A stretch of 26,284 bases of DNA, taken from positions 1 to 26,284 of the IMG/VR virus record IMGVR_UViG_3300042297_000410; one strand, written 5' to 3'. Origin of the DNA: a virus (lineage: Duplodnaviria > Caudoviricetes). Below are positions 16,291-25,749 of this stretch, one piece after another (within the stretch, counting starts at the first letter, position 1; each line of letters begins with the position of its first letter). A model generated the notes under the pieces. That model was not told the DNA's origin, ran no database searches, and saw only the letters and a program-made list of their open reading frames with translations. The position numbers were made by a program, and so were the translations under genes.

Positions 16291-18492
16291 GTGCCGTATT
16301 TCATTACTGACCAGAGTGCTGAGTGTGACGGGTGGGCGACGATCAAAGATGACGGCGAAGTGATTGGTTGTCACGAGTCGAAGGATGCTGCTATCGCGCA
16401 GATGGTCGCCGTGTCTCTGGCTGAGGGACTCGAGCCGGGTGGCGAGCGTAACCTTGATGGCGCGCCGGCGATCATCGTCGACATTGACGGGACGCTGATC
16501 TCGTTCGAGGGCGAGCCGATCCGTAGCGTCGTCGACTTCGTGGACGAGTATGAGGGGACTGTCTTGATCGTGACGGCTCGTGTCGAGACTGATCGGGCGG
16601 CGACGATTGCCGAACTCGAAGCGGCCGATGTTGATTGGGACGAGCTCTATATGAAGCCGACGGCGGATGCTGATTCGCTGATGTTCAAGTCTGAGACGGT
16701 GAAGGATCTCCTCGACGTGTGGAATCTCGAGCTAGCCATTGAGAATGATGCCGATGTGCGTGCTGAGTATGCGCGCCTCGGAATCACGGCCGTCGTGCCG
16801 AGTGCTGTGCTCGAGACTGGTGTGCGCGCGTTGCCAGATAATTATCGGCCCGCGCTAGCGGCGGATGTGCCGGAGGGTCGCGCGTGCGGCAATTGTGTTT
16901 TTTATGACGAGTCGAACGTCGAGGGTGACAAGGCGTGGTGCGAGCGGTGGGACGAGTATGTCGACGGCGCGTATTATTGCAACGCGTGGCGCGCTGACGA
17001 GGAGGAGCGCGCGCCGGCGCCGCCGGAGGATCAGATTACCGGGTCGGATGAGAATGCGCCTGGTTCGGCTAGTGGTGCTGGTGGGGATGTCGAGCTGAGT
17101 GAGGCGACGACGACGGCGCTCCGTAACAAGGCCGCGGAGCATAACGAGGCGATGGATGCGGATGATCGTCCCGCGTATACGCGGACGACGCTGGGCCAGT
17201 TGTCGGCGGTGTATCGTCGCGGGTCGGGCGCGTACTCGACGAGTCATCGTCCGGGTGTGTCTCGAGCGGCGTGGTCTATGGCTCGCGTCAACGCGTTCCT
17301 ATATCTCTTGCGGCGTGGCCGTCCCCAGAATGCTGCGTATGTTTCGGATAATGATCTCCTGCCGGAGGATCATCCGCGGTCGACGCGTGGAGATCGAGCC
17401 GTCGACTTGACGCTGCCCGAGTATATCCGCGAGGCGGCGATGCGTGGTGTCGAATATTACGAGGCGGGTCGTGCTGGTGACGGCGTTGTGGATCGTACGA
17501 TTCGCGAGGCGCGTCTAATGAGTCGTGGCGAAGTGTCGGAGGATAAGGTCATTCGTGTTAGTGCGTGGGCTGCTCGGCACCTGGTCGATCTTGACGCGCC
17601 GCAGAATAATGATCCTGATGATGATGGGTTCCCCGGCGCTGGTGCTGTCGCGTTCTACTTGTGGGGCATTGATCCGCTTGACCCGTCGCCGGCGATTCGC
17701 TGGTTCGATGAGAAGGCCGACCAGATCCGCGAGGAGGAGCGTAGCCTAGACACGGCCGTTGTCGGTGCTACCCTTTCTACTATGGATAACGGAGTCGAGA
17801 CGCGCCGCATTACTGTCAACGAGTTCGAGTTGCGCGATGCAGCCGAGGGTAATGGCATGACGTTCGTTGGGTATGGCGCTGTCTTCAATTCGGATAGTGA
17901 GCCGCTGCCGTTTACGGAGCGGATCGCTCCTGGCGCGTTCTCGCGTTCGCTGCGTTCGCGGAATGAGATCAAGATGTTCGTGAATCACGACACGACGCAG
18001 GTCCTCGCGTCGAAGCGTGCCGGAACGCTGCGTCTGTCCGAGGACACGCATGGCCTCCGCGTTGAGGCTGACCTGCCTGATACGACCGCTGGTCGCGACA
18101 TGGCATTCCTAATCAAGCGTGGCGATGTCGCCGACATGTCGTTCGGCTTCAGCGTTCCGCGTGGTGGGGATTCGTGGAGTGATGATGGTGCTACGCGCGA
18201 ATTGCGCGAGGTCCGTCTGCACGAGGTGAGTATCGTGACGGGGTTCCCGGCGTACGCCGCGACGACTGCTTCGGTGCGTAGCCTGGACGGACTCGTCGAG
18301 GCTACCGGCCTCGAGGCTGACAAGCTGAACGCGGCGATCACGGCCCTGGAGAATGGTGACGAACTAGACGAGGCGCACGCTAGTATCCTCGACGCGGCCA
18401 TTGGCCGGCTGAAGATGCAGCGTGATGATGTGGCGGCTTCGTTGTCGCTGAAGCAGAAGCAGCTAGACGTGCTTCTCGCCCGCGTCTCGTAA
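16291..18492 (+). CDS. Multi-domain HK97-type prohead protease
   Basis: C-terminal FVGYGAVFNS..ERIAPGAF..NHD..MSFGF..LHEVSIVTGFPAY. N-terminal ~500 aa carries a HAD-like domain (VDIDGTL), a 4-Cys domain and two further domains. Confidence 0.9.
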   Translation: MPYFITDQSAECDGWATIKDDGEVIGCHESKDAAIAQMVAVSLAEGLEPGGERNLDGAPAIIVDIDGTLISFEGEPIRSVVDFVDEYEGTVLIVTARVETDRAATIAELEAADVDWDELYMKPTADADSLMFKSETVKDLLDVWNLELAIENDADVRAEYARLGITAVVPSAVLETGVRALPDNYRPALAADVPEGRACGNCVFYDESNVEGDKAWCERWDEYVDGAYYCNAWRADEEERAPAPPEDQITGSDENAPGSASGAGGDVELSEATTTALRNKAAEHNEAMDADDRPAYTRTTLGQLSAVYRRGSGAYSTSHRPGVSRAAWSMARVNAFLYLLRRGRPQNAAYVSDNDLLPEDHPRSTRGDRAVDLTLPEYIREAAMRGVEYYEAGRAGDGVVDRTIREARLMSRGEVSEDKVIRVSAWAARHLVDLDAPQNNDPDDDGFPGAGAVAFYLWGIDPLDPSPAIRWFDEKADQIREEERSLDTAVVGATLSTMDNGVETRRITVNEFELRDAAEGNGMTFVGYGAVFNSDSEPLPFTERIAPGAFSRSLRSRNEIKMFVNHDTTQVLASKRAGTLRLSEDTHGLRVEADLPDTTAGRDMAFLIKRGDVADMSFGFSVPRGGDSWSDDGATRELREVRLHEVSIVTGFPAYAATTASVRSLDGLVEATGLEADKLNAAITALENGDELDEAHASILDAAIGRLKMQRDDVAASLSLKQKQLDVLLARVS

Positions 18493-18508
18493 CCCGGATT
18501 ATCTGCGT

Positions 18509-18609
18509 TATTCTGTAAGGGTCTAGCGCGGAGCCGCGCTGGCACTTTCGGATTCGCGGAGCCGCGGCCGGTGGCACTATCAACTCGATACCCTTGAAAG
18601 GGGTGGACA
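18509..18609 (+). promoter_or_regulatory. Structured leader of major capsid gene
   Basis: TATTCT -10-like box; two GCG-GAGC-CGC hairpins each followed by TGGCACT. Confidence 0.5.
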
Positions 18610-19794
18610 ATGTCTGATTACATCAATCGACAGCACGAGCTCCGCCAGGCCGCATGGCATGAGGCGAAGCATCTTCTCGATACGGCTGGCGCGGAGAAGC
18701 GCGACCTGACCGCTGAGGAGCAGGAGAAGTACGATCGCATCAGCGCTGATCTTGATACGCGTGGCGCGATCATTGAGCAGCTGAAGGCTGACGAGGAGCG
18801 CGCTGCGCGTCTCGACGCTGCCGCTGCTGAGCTCCGCACGGACGAGGCTCCGGCCGGCGACGATACGGATGCTGAGACGATCCGCGCGATGGCGCGTGGC
18901 GAGGTTCGCTCGTACAACTTCGAGAAGCGTGACGTCCTCACGTCAACGAGCGGCAGCCCGGTACCCACGAGCTTCTATGACCAGGTGATTCTCAAGGCTC
19001 GCCTCGTCGGTCCCATGCTCGACGTTCCGACTCAGCTCAACACGACCAGTGGTGAGACGATTCAGGTCCCGAGCCTGTCGGCGTACTCCTCGTCCGCTAC
19101 CGTCACGGCGCAGGGCGCGAACTTCTCGGAGAGCGATCCGACGTTCAACTCGTTCGTCAACCTCGGAGCGTTCAAGTACGGCTTCCTGATTCAGGTCAGC
19201 CGCGAGATGATCGAGGACTCCGGCGTCGATCTCCTCGGCTTCCTCGCCGACCAGGTCGGCAATGGTCTTGGCTACAACGTCCAGAACGCTCTGACCGTCG
19301 GCACGGGCACGGTTCAGCCGCAGGGCATCGTGACCGCTGCTGGTTCGGGCATCACCGGTGGCACGGGCGTCTCCGGTGCGTTCACCGCCGACAACCTGAT
19401 CGACCTGTACTACAGCCTCGACGGTGCAGCTCGTCTGCTTCCGGGCGTCGGCTGGATGATGAACGGCGCCTCGATCGGTGCCGTCCGCAAGCTCAAGGAC
19501 ACCGCTGGTAACTACATTTTCAGCCCCGCGGCTGACGGTAACCAGCGCGACCTCCTGCTCGGACGTCCCGTGTACGAGAACCCGCATGTCGCCTCGGCTG
19601 CTACGTCGGCCAAGTCGGTCATCGCTGGTCACATGCCGAGCTTCTTCGTCCGTTCCGTCGGTGGCATCCGCCTGGATCGTTCAGACGATTTTGCCTTCAA
19701 TGCAGATCTAGTAACCTTTAGAGCTTCGATGCGCGTGGACGGTGCTCTTCCCCAGAGCTCGCACATCAAGTACTTCATCGGTGGCGCCTCCTAA
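18610..19794 (+). CDS. Major capsid protein, HK97 family, with N-terminal delta/scaffold domain
   Basis: Coiled-coil KRDLTAEEQEKYD; VSREMIEDS; GTGTVQPQGI; WMMN..KLKDTAGNYIF; LLGRPV. Confidence 0.95.
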   Translation: MSDYINRQHELRQAAWHEAKHLLDTAGAEKRDLTAEEQEKYDRISADLDTRGAIIEQLKADEERAARLDAAAAELRTDEAPAGDDTDAETIRAMARGEVRSYNFEKRDVLTSTSGSPVPTSFYDQVILKARLVGPMLDVPTQLNTTSGETIQVPSLSAYSSSATVTAQGANFSESDPTFNSFVNLGAFKYGFLIQVSREMIEDSGVDLLGFLADQVGNGLGYNVQNALTVGTGTVQPQGIVTAAGSGITGGTGVSGAFTADNLIDLYYSLDGAARLLPGVGWMMNGASIGAVRKLKDTAGNYIFSPAADGNQRDLLLGRPVYENPHVASAATSAKSVIAGHMPSFFVRSVGGIRLDRSDDFAFNADLVTFRASMRVDGALPQSSHIKYFIGGAS

Positions 19795-19815
19795 TCCGTA
19801 GCGTCTAGTGGTACG

Positions 19816-19860
19816 CTAAGGGCCGTCGATCCCGTTCGGGATTGGCGGCCTTTAGTCTTT
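19816..19860 (+). terminator. Intrinsic terminator-like hairpin after capsid gene
   Basis: ctaagggccgtcgatcccg / cgggattggcggcctttag stem with GU pairs, followed by tcttt. Confidence 0.7.
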
Positions 19861-19873
19861 GGGAGGGAACCCG

Positions 19874-21112
19874 TTGGCGAATCGAGCAGACCGTAGACAG
19901 GCGGCGAAGACGCTGGCGAAGACGCCAGGCGTCACACCGCAGCGCGTAACGTGGTGTAGCAATAGTCCATTCGCTGCTACGGGCTATGGCGTGCAGACGG
20001 CGCAAGTCGTGGAGCGACTAGCGCGTGATGGGCACGAGGTCGCCGTGGCGTGCAACTTCGGTTTGCAGGGTAACTCGACGGAGTGGAATGGAATCAAGCT
20101 CTACCCGACAGGCGTAACGCCATACTCGGACGATATTCTCCGCGCGCATTCGCAGCATTGGGAGTCGATGTCTAGTCTGCCTGGACTCGTGATGATCCTC
20201 TTTGATGTGTGGGCGTTGACGAATCCGAACATCGCGAAGATCCCGAAGATCGCTGCGTGGGCGCCGATCGATCACAAGCCATCGCCACCCGACGTGACTA
20301 AGTGGTTGGCGCGGCCGAACGTGATGCCGATTGCGATGAGTAAGTTCGGTGCGGACATGATGGAACTTGACGGCCTCGAGCATCTCTACGTTCCGCACGC
20401 TGTCGACAAAGTCTTCAAGCCTACGGAATCGTTTGCTGACGCGGCGGGTAAGCGGGTCCGTGGTCGCGACCTGATGGGTATCGATGATTCCGACGCGTTC
20501 GTCGTGATGATGAACTCGGCGAATAAGGGTAGGACGCCGCCGCGTAAGTGCTGGGGCGAGAATCTCCTAGCGTTCGGTGTCTTCGCTGCGGATCATCCCG
20601 ACGCGATCTTGTATCTCCACACGGATCAGAGTGCTGGCCTCGGCGGTGTGGATCTTCTCCAACTGATTCGCGCGTGCGGTATCAAGCCCGAACAGATCCG
20701 CTTCGTCGATCAGTACCTCTACCGCATGAACCTCCCACAGCACGCCCTAGCGGCGCTCTACACGGACGCGGACGTTCTCCTAGCCACCAGTGCAGGCGAA
20801 GGCTTCGGCGTGCCTGTAATCGAAGCGCAGGCATGCGGAACGCCCGTCATCTGTTCCGACTGGACAGCACAAACAGAATTATGCGGAGATGGGTGGCTCG
20901 TCGACGGCCAACCGTTGTGGGACCCGAACCAGCATTCGTGGTTCTTCACGCCGAACGTGTCGCAGATCGTGTCAAGTCTGCGCGAAGCGTACGAGCGGAA
21001 GCGTGGCAAGAGTGAGAAGGCCATCAAGTTTGCTGCGGCTTACGATGCGGACGTCGTGTATGAGGAGCATTGGCGGCCGGCGATGGAACGTCTCGCGACG
21101 TGGCGCCCGTGA
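19874..21112 (+). CDS. Glycosyltransferase, GT-B fold (GT4-like)
   Basis: TGYGVQ, VPHAVD, EGFGVPVIEAQACGTPVI (EX7E); GGAGG RBS before TTG 19874. Confidence 0.9.
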   Translation: MANRADRRQAAKTLAKTPGVTPQRVTWCSNSPFAATGYGVQTAQVVERLARDGHEVAVACNFGLQGNSTEWNGIKLYPTGVTPYSDDILRAHSQHWESMSSLPGLVMILFDVWALTNPNIAKIPKIAAWAPIDHKPSPPDVTKWLARPNVMPIAMSKFGADMMELDGLEHLYVPHAVDKVFKPTESFADAAGKRVRGRDLMGIDDSDAFVVMMNSANKGRTPPRKCWGENLLAFGVFAADHPDAILYLHTDQSAGLGGVDLLQLIRACGIKPEQIRFVDQYLYRMNLPQHALAALYTDADVLLATSAGEGFGVPVIEAQACGTPVICSDWTAQTELCGDGWLVDGQPLWDPNQHSWFFTPNVSQIVSSLREAYERKRGKSEKAIKFAAAYDADVVYEEHWRPAMERLATWRP

Positions 21113-21783
21113 AGCCGACGGTAATCATTCCCGTCCTCGGCGCGCACGACCTGCTCGAGCGGTGTATCCGTAGCCTGGACGGTTACGCCAGCCGGATCAT
21201 CATCATTGACAATGGTGACGCGCTCGACCGGGACGCCGTGACTGAGTGGATTAGTGGCGCGGATGTGTATGTATGGCGGATGCCGACGGCGCTCAGCGTC
21301 GCCGCGTCGTGGAACCTCGGCATCAAGGCGACACCATTCGAGGATGGTTGGCTCCTGCTGAACTCGGATGCGTGGTTCCCGGACGGGTTGTCTGCCGAGT
21401 ATGCGGACTCGTTGTCGTTTGATCGGATCGTGCTGGCGGGGGCGCCGCCGTGGTGTTGCGCGTGGATCGGGTCCGAAGTGGTTCGCCGTGTCGGCCTGTT
21501 CTGTGAACGCTTCCACCCCGCCTACTTCGAGGATAACGATTATGAGCGGCGCGCTCATATCGTCGGCATGGAGATCCTGCATTCGGATGCGAATGTGATG
21601 CATGAGAACTCGTCGACGCTAGCTCGGAACCCGCACTACGCTACGCAGAACGCGAAGACGTTCGCCACCAATCAAGCGTTCTATGATTATCGGTGGGCGA
21701 ACCTGAGCGCGGACGGCTTGCCACAGTCGCACGAGTGGAGCCTTACGACGCGCGTTCGGAATGCGTGGGAGATCATCGAATGA
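21109..21783 (+). CDS. Glycosyltransferase family 2
   Basis: VIIPV, IIDNG, SWNLG, LLNSD, YFEDNDY. Confidence 0.9.
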   Translation: MKPTVIIPVLGAHDLLERCIRSLDGYASRIIIIDNGDALDRDAVTEWISGADVYVWRMPTALSVAASWNLGIKATPFEDGWLLLNSDAWFPDGLSAEYADSLSFDRIVLAGAPPWCCAWIGSEVVRRVGLFCERFHPAYFEDNDYERRAHIVGMEILHSDANVMHENSSTLARNPHYATQNAKTFATNQAFYDYRWANLSADGLPQSHEWSLTTRVRNAWEIIE

Positions 21784-22664
21784 TCCAGACGCTTCTGGTC
21801 GGGTACGGGTATTGGGGTCGCATCCTTGCCGAGAATCTGACGCAGCATCCGACGTTCTTCCTTGCCGGCGTGCAGGACGCGAATCAGAGTGTGATCCTCG
21901 ACGCGCGCGCCAATAATCTGCACGCCTATTCGTCGCTCGAGGATGCGATGCAGGCGACGCATCCCCAGCTAGTCGTCATCGCCGCGCCGATTGGTTCGAT
22001 GGAAGTGCCAGCGATGCGCGCCCTGCAAGGTTACGCGCACGTGATGATGGCGAAGCCTGGCGTCGATTCGCTTGCCGCGTTTGATCGCGTCCTCCGCGTC
22101 GCCGATTACGCGCAGCGCAGCGTCACCGTCGATTATACGATGCTGATGCACGCGACGTGGAATACGATCCTGCACGAGCAGCACCGCCTCGGAGGCGTCG
22201 AGAAGTTCCATAGCGTCCGCTCCGCGATTGGTAATCGGACGGGCGCACCAATCGTCCTCGACATGCTCGTCCATGACCTGTCTCTGCTAGTTAGTCTGAA
22301 TCCGGATCGCGAGTGGCTTCTCGAGTATGCGCGCGTGGGTGAGACGGAAGTGGTTGCGCGGTTCGTGTCGGGCGAGTGTGAGGCGATCCTAGAGGCGAGC
22401 ACGACGAGTACCGAGCAGGAACGCAGCGTATATCTTGCCGGCGCCGGGTTGCATCTGGTGTGGGATCAGCTCGCGGACGTTGTCGAATCGAACTCGGCCG
22501 AGATCATGCAGGCGTGGTATGACGATGAGAAGATTCCGTGCACGCCCGTGCAGCGAAGACTGAACAATATGGTCAATGTGGTCAATCATCGCGGCGACGA
22601 TAATCGCGTCGTAGCGCGCGGCGTGCTCGTGATGGTTGAGCAAATCTTGGAGGCGCAGCGATGA
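21780..22664 (+). CDS. Gfo/Idh/MocA-family NAD-dependent sugar oxidoreductase
   Basis: VGYGYWG Rossmann motif, AKP (variant of EKP), DMLVHD. Confidence 0.8.
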   Translation: MIQTLLVGYGYWGRILAENLTQHPTFFLAGVQDANQSVILDARANNLHAYSSLEDAMQATHPQLVVIAAPIGSMEVPAMRALQGYAHVMMAKPGVDSLAAFDRVLRVADYAQRSVTVDYTMLMHATWNTILHEQHRLGGVEKFHSVRSAIGNRTGAPIVLDMLVHDLSLLVSLNPDREWLLEYARVGETEVVARFVSGECEAILEASTTSTEQERSVYLAGAGLHLVWDQLADVVESNSAEIMQAWYDDEKIPCTPVQRRLNNMVNVVNHRGDDNRVVARGVLVMVEQILEAQR

Positions 22665-23317
22665 TTATTGACGAGACGGATGGTCCGGTACTGATTGGCG
22701 CTAATTGTGAGATCTTCGAGACGGCGATCCTGACCGGTCCCTTATCGATTGGTGATGACGTGTATATCGGGCCGTACGCTGTCGTGGGTGGGCCGGCGCA
22801 GCATCGCGGCTCGTACCCTTGCAGTCTTGACTCTCCCCGCCGAGCCGTCGGCGTATGTATCAAAAATCGTGCATGTGTACGAGAATTCGTGCAGATCCAT
22901 CAGGGCCTGACGTGCGAAACAATGATCGGTGAGGATGTCCTGCTAATGGCGGGCGCGCATATCGCGCACGACTCGCATATCGGTGATGGTGCAACTCTAG
23001 GCAGTTTCTCTATTCTTGGAGGCTTCACGATCATCGATGATGCGGCGACGTTTGGGCAAGGCGTCGTCACGCACCCGTGGACGATCATTGGGGAGCGCGC
23101 GATGGTTGGCTTCAACTCGAGCGTCGTGAAGGATGTCATGCCGTTCGCGAAGGTTGCGGGCGCGCCGGCTCGTCTCCTCGGATCGAATCAGCATCGTGAC
23201 GAGTCACTACCCGCCGGGTATGACGCGACGCTGCTAGGTGGCGACGTGTGGGAACGGTGGGGCGAATTATTGGAGAAGCGCGAGGAGATGCGGAAGCGTT
23301 GGAGTCTCGTTGCCTAA
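22661..23317 (+). CDS. LpxA-like left-handed beta-helix acyltransferase
   Basis: Hexapeptide repeats; GGPAQH, VREFVQIHQG, MAGAHIAHD, SVVKDV, GAPAR. Confidence 0.85.
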   Translation: MIIDETDGPVLIGANCEIFETAILTGPLSIGDDVYIGPYAVVGGPAQHRGSYPCSLDSPRRAVGVCIKNRACVREFVQIHQGLTCETMIGEDVLLMAGAHIAHDSHIGDGATLGSFSILGGFTIIDDAATFGQGVVTHPWTIIGERAMVGFNSSVVKDVMPFAKVAGAPARLLGSNQHRDESLPAGYDATLLGGDVWERWGELLEKREEMRKRWSLVA

Positions 23318-23978
23318 GCCGCTCCTGATAGTTATGAATCCTCGCCGCATCCCCGAATGCGTCGACGCTATCGCCGACCTCAGCATCGATAAGGTCTGGG
23401 CAAAGAATTATACGGAGCGCGAGCTAGTGGGCGTCATCGCGGGGATTATTGCCGAGTCTGATTATGATCCGATTGGGATCATCTCGGATGATGCGCGTCC
23501 CGACCAGGCCGCGCTCGATCTTGTCCTTGACGCTTACAAGCCGGGCGCTGTCTATACGGGTTACTGCAATCTGAGTGAGCAGGATTATCGGGTGAACCTC
23601 AGCACGCAGCCGCTAACGATCCAGTTCGAGGCGACGATGGATTGCTACACGTTCATCACGAAGGACGACCTCGAGGCGCAGCCCGAGGCGCTGATCCGTT
23701 CATGGTTCGCCGGCCACTGCTTCACGTTCATGAGTCGCGACTTGTGGGAAGCGTTCCCGTTCGGCATTGTGGATTCTGGCAATGGCAACCAGTCTGACTA
23801 TCACTTGTGTTGCAGGTTGCAGGAGGCGGGCGTAGATATTTGGGCGGTGCGTGGCGCGTTCGTTGAGCATGTGAAGCGATACTCGAATACGGGTGATGAT
23901 ACGGCGGGTCGTGCCCTTCTCGTTGGCGTCGAGGCTGCGGAGGTCGTGTGGGACCTAATCCCCGAATCGTTGTCGTAA
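23310..23978 (+). CDS. Divergent GT-A-fold glycosyltransferase (putative)
   Basis: IISDD, QSDYHLC, VEH in GT-A-like order; cluster context. Confidence 0.55.
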   Translation: MPKPLLIVMNPRRIPECVDAIADLSIDKVWAKNYTERELVGVIAGIIAESDYDPIGIISDDARPDQAALDLVLDAYKPGAVYTGYCNLSEQDYRVNLSTQPLTIQFEATMDCYTFITKDDLEAQPEALIRSWFAGHCFTFMSRDLWEAFPFGIVDSGNGNQSDYHLCCRLQEAGVDIWAVRGAFVEHVKRYSNTGDDTAGRALLVGVEAAEVVWDLIPESLS

Positions 23979-24511
23979 CGCCTAGCCTGCCGGAGCGTGC
24001 GGACTTGCGAGCCGAGTGCGTGGCTAGTGTCGCGGCGCAGACGCTCAAACCCGTCGCGCATATCGTCATGGTTGATTATGAGCGGGCTGGTCCCGCAGCG
24101 ATGCTGAATAGGATGCTGCCAGCGTGCATCGCTGCGGACGCCGAGTGGGTTGCCCAACTCGCCGACGATGACCTAGCCGATCCTAACCATCTCGAACTAC
24201 TCGCAGCGCACTGCGCCGATGCGGACATCGTCTATTCGTGGTGTCGCGTTGAGGGCCGGTCGTTCAATCCGAACCGCGAGTTCGACGAGGTCGCGCTGCG
24301 CGCATCTAACTTCATTCCGGCGACGACGATGATTCGCACGAGCTTGTGTGAGGATCTCGGCTGGCGAATCGACTCCACGCACGGCTTCGAGGATTACGAT
24401 TTTTGGCTTCGCGCGCTGGACGCTGGCGCTCGATTCGTGTGCGTTCCCGAGGTGTCGTGGACGTACCGCTTCCACGGTGCCAATCTATCTACCGGAGGCG
24501 GTAAGATCTAA
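23948..24511 (+). CDS. Glycosyltransferase family 2
   Basis: VVTPS, SVAAQT, LADDD, EDYDFWLR, YRFH. Confidence 0.9.
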   Translation: MGPNPRIVVVTPSLPERADLRAECVASVAAQTLKPVAHIVMVDYERAGPAAMLNRMLPACIAADAEWVAQLADDDLADPNHLELLAAHCADADIVYSWCRVEGRSFNPNREFDEVALRASNFIPATTMIRTSLCEDLGWRIDSTHGFEDYDFWLRALDAGARFVCVPEVSWTYRFHGANLSTGGGKI

Positions 24512-24513
24512 CT

Positions 24514-25134
24514 ATGGCAATCGTCAACGGATACTGCACGCTCGCTCAGGTCAAGGCTGCGCTACGCATCACCGACACCACGGATGACGCGCTGATCGAG
24601 AACTCGGTCGAGGCTGCGTCCAGGCTGATCGATGGTCACGCCATGCGGAACTTTTATTCCGTCGGCACGGCGACGCGTCTCTTCGCCGCGACGGACTCTC
24701 TCTACGTTCAGATTGATGATCTCGCCGGCACGGCCGTGACGATCGAGACGAGCAGCCTTGCCGATGGCGTCTTTGATATCACGTTCGCCCCGACGGATTA
24801 CCAGCTCGAGCCGTTGAATGGCACGCTGGACGGGATCGGCTGGGCGTTTGATCGTATCCGCGCCGTCGGTGATTACACTTTTCCGAATCTGACGCCGCTC
24901 CTAAACGATCAGCAGGCACTCGTCCGCGTCACTGGGGCGTGGGGTTGGCCCGCTGTGCCGAAGGCTATTGAGACGGCGACGATGATTCAGGCTTCGCGTA
25001 TCTTCAAGCGATTCGACTCGCCGCTTGGCGTCGCCGGCTTCGGAGACTTCGGCGCCGTCCGCGTCTCACGCTTCCTAGACCCTGACGTTGAACAACTCGT
25101 GATGCCTTACAGGAAGATGCGGAACATTCGGTGA
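24514..25134 (+). CDS. Head-tail adaptor/connector
   Basis: YCTLAQVKAALRI..DD..AASRLID..WGWPAVP..DPDVEQLVMPYR. Confidence 0.85.
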   Translation: MAIVNGYCTLAQVKAALRITDTTDDALIENSVEAASRLIDGHAMRNFYSVGTATRLFAATDSLYVQIDDLAGTAVTIETSSLADGVFDITFAPTDYQLEPLNGTLDGIGWAFDRIRAVGDYTFPNLTPLLNDQQALVRVTGAWGWPAVPKAIETATMIQASRIFKRFDSPLGVAGFGDFGAVRVSRFLDPDVEQLVMPYRKMRNIR

Positions 25135-25535
25135 GTGCGACCGTTGGCGAGATCAAAACGCAGCTAGCCGTTCGTCTCGCGACGATCACGGGCCTTCGCG
25201 CGTATGATCGCCAGCCCGACAATCTCAACGCGCCGTTCGCGTTCCCATCGCTCGAGTCGATCGAGTATCACGGAGCGATGAGTAGTGGCCTCGTAACGCA
25301 CACGTACCGCATTACCGTCATCGTTGGCAGGGCTGCGGAGCGTAGTGCTGAGGATCGCCTAGACACGTATTTGTCGTATGACGAGGGTGGTATTCGGTAC
25401 GCGATCGAAGCGGACCCTAGCCTCGGCGGGTATGCGCGTACAAGTATCGTCGAGTCGGCGTCTAGCATTCAGACGATGGACGGCAATGACACGACGTACC
25501 TGATGGTCGAGTTCCGCGTAATCGTTTACGCCTAA
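25131..25535 (+). CDS. Tail terminator/completion-like protein
   Basis: Size, position and DPSLGG motif. Confidence 0.65.
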   Translation: MSATVGEIKTQLAVRLATITGLRAYDRQPDNLNAPFAFPSLESIEYHGAMSSGLVTHTYRITVIVGRAAERSAEDRLDTYLSYDEGGIRYAIEADPSLGGYARTSIVESASSIQTMDGNDTTYLMVEFRVIVYA

Positions 25536-25546
25536 AGGAGATTAGG

Positions 25547-25744
25547 ATGGCTAAGAAGTATCGAGTGGCTGACGGATTCATCGTGTATGGCAAGGTTGGC
25601 GGCGAGATCGTTGACGCGGCGGAGGTTGGATCGCCGGCGGCGCTGGCGAGTCTCGTCGGGTCGGGTCGCCTCGTTCTCGCAGTAGTGCCCGAATCCTCCG
25701 CTAGAATGAAACAGGAACCAACTGACACCTCGAAGGGGGTCTAG
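25547..25744 (+). CDS. Small hypothetical structural-module protein
   Basis: AAGGAG RBS; precedes major tail gene. Confidence 0.6.
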   Translation: MAKKYRVADGFIVYGKVGGEIVDAAEVGSPAALASLVGSGRLVLAVVPESSARMKQEPTDTSKGV

Positions 25745-25749
25745 ATCAC

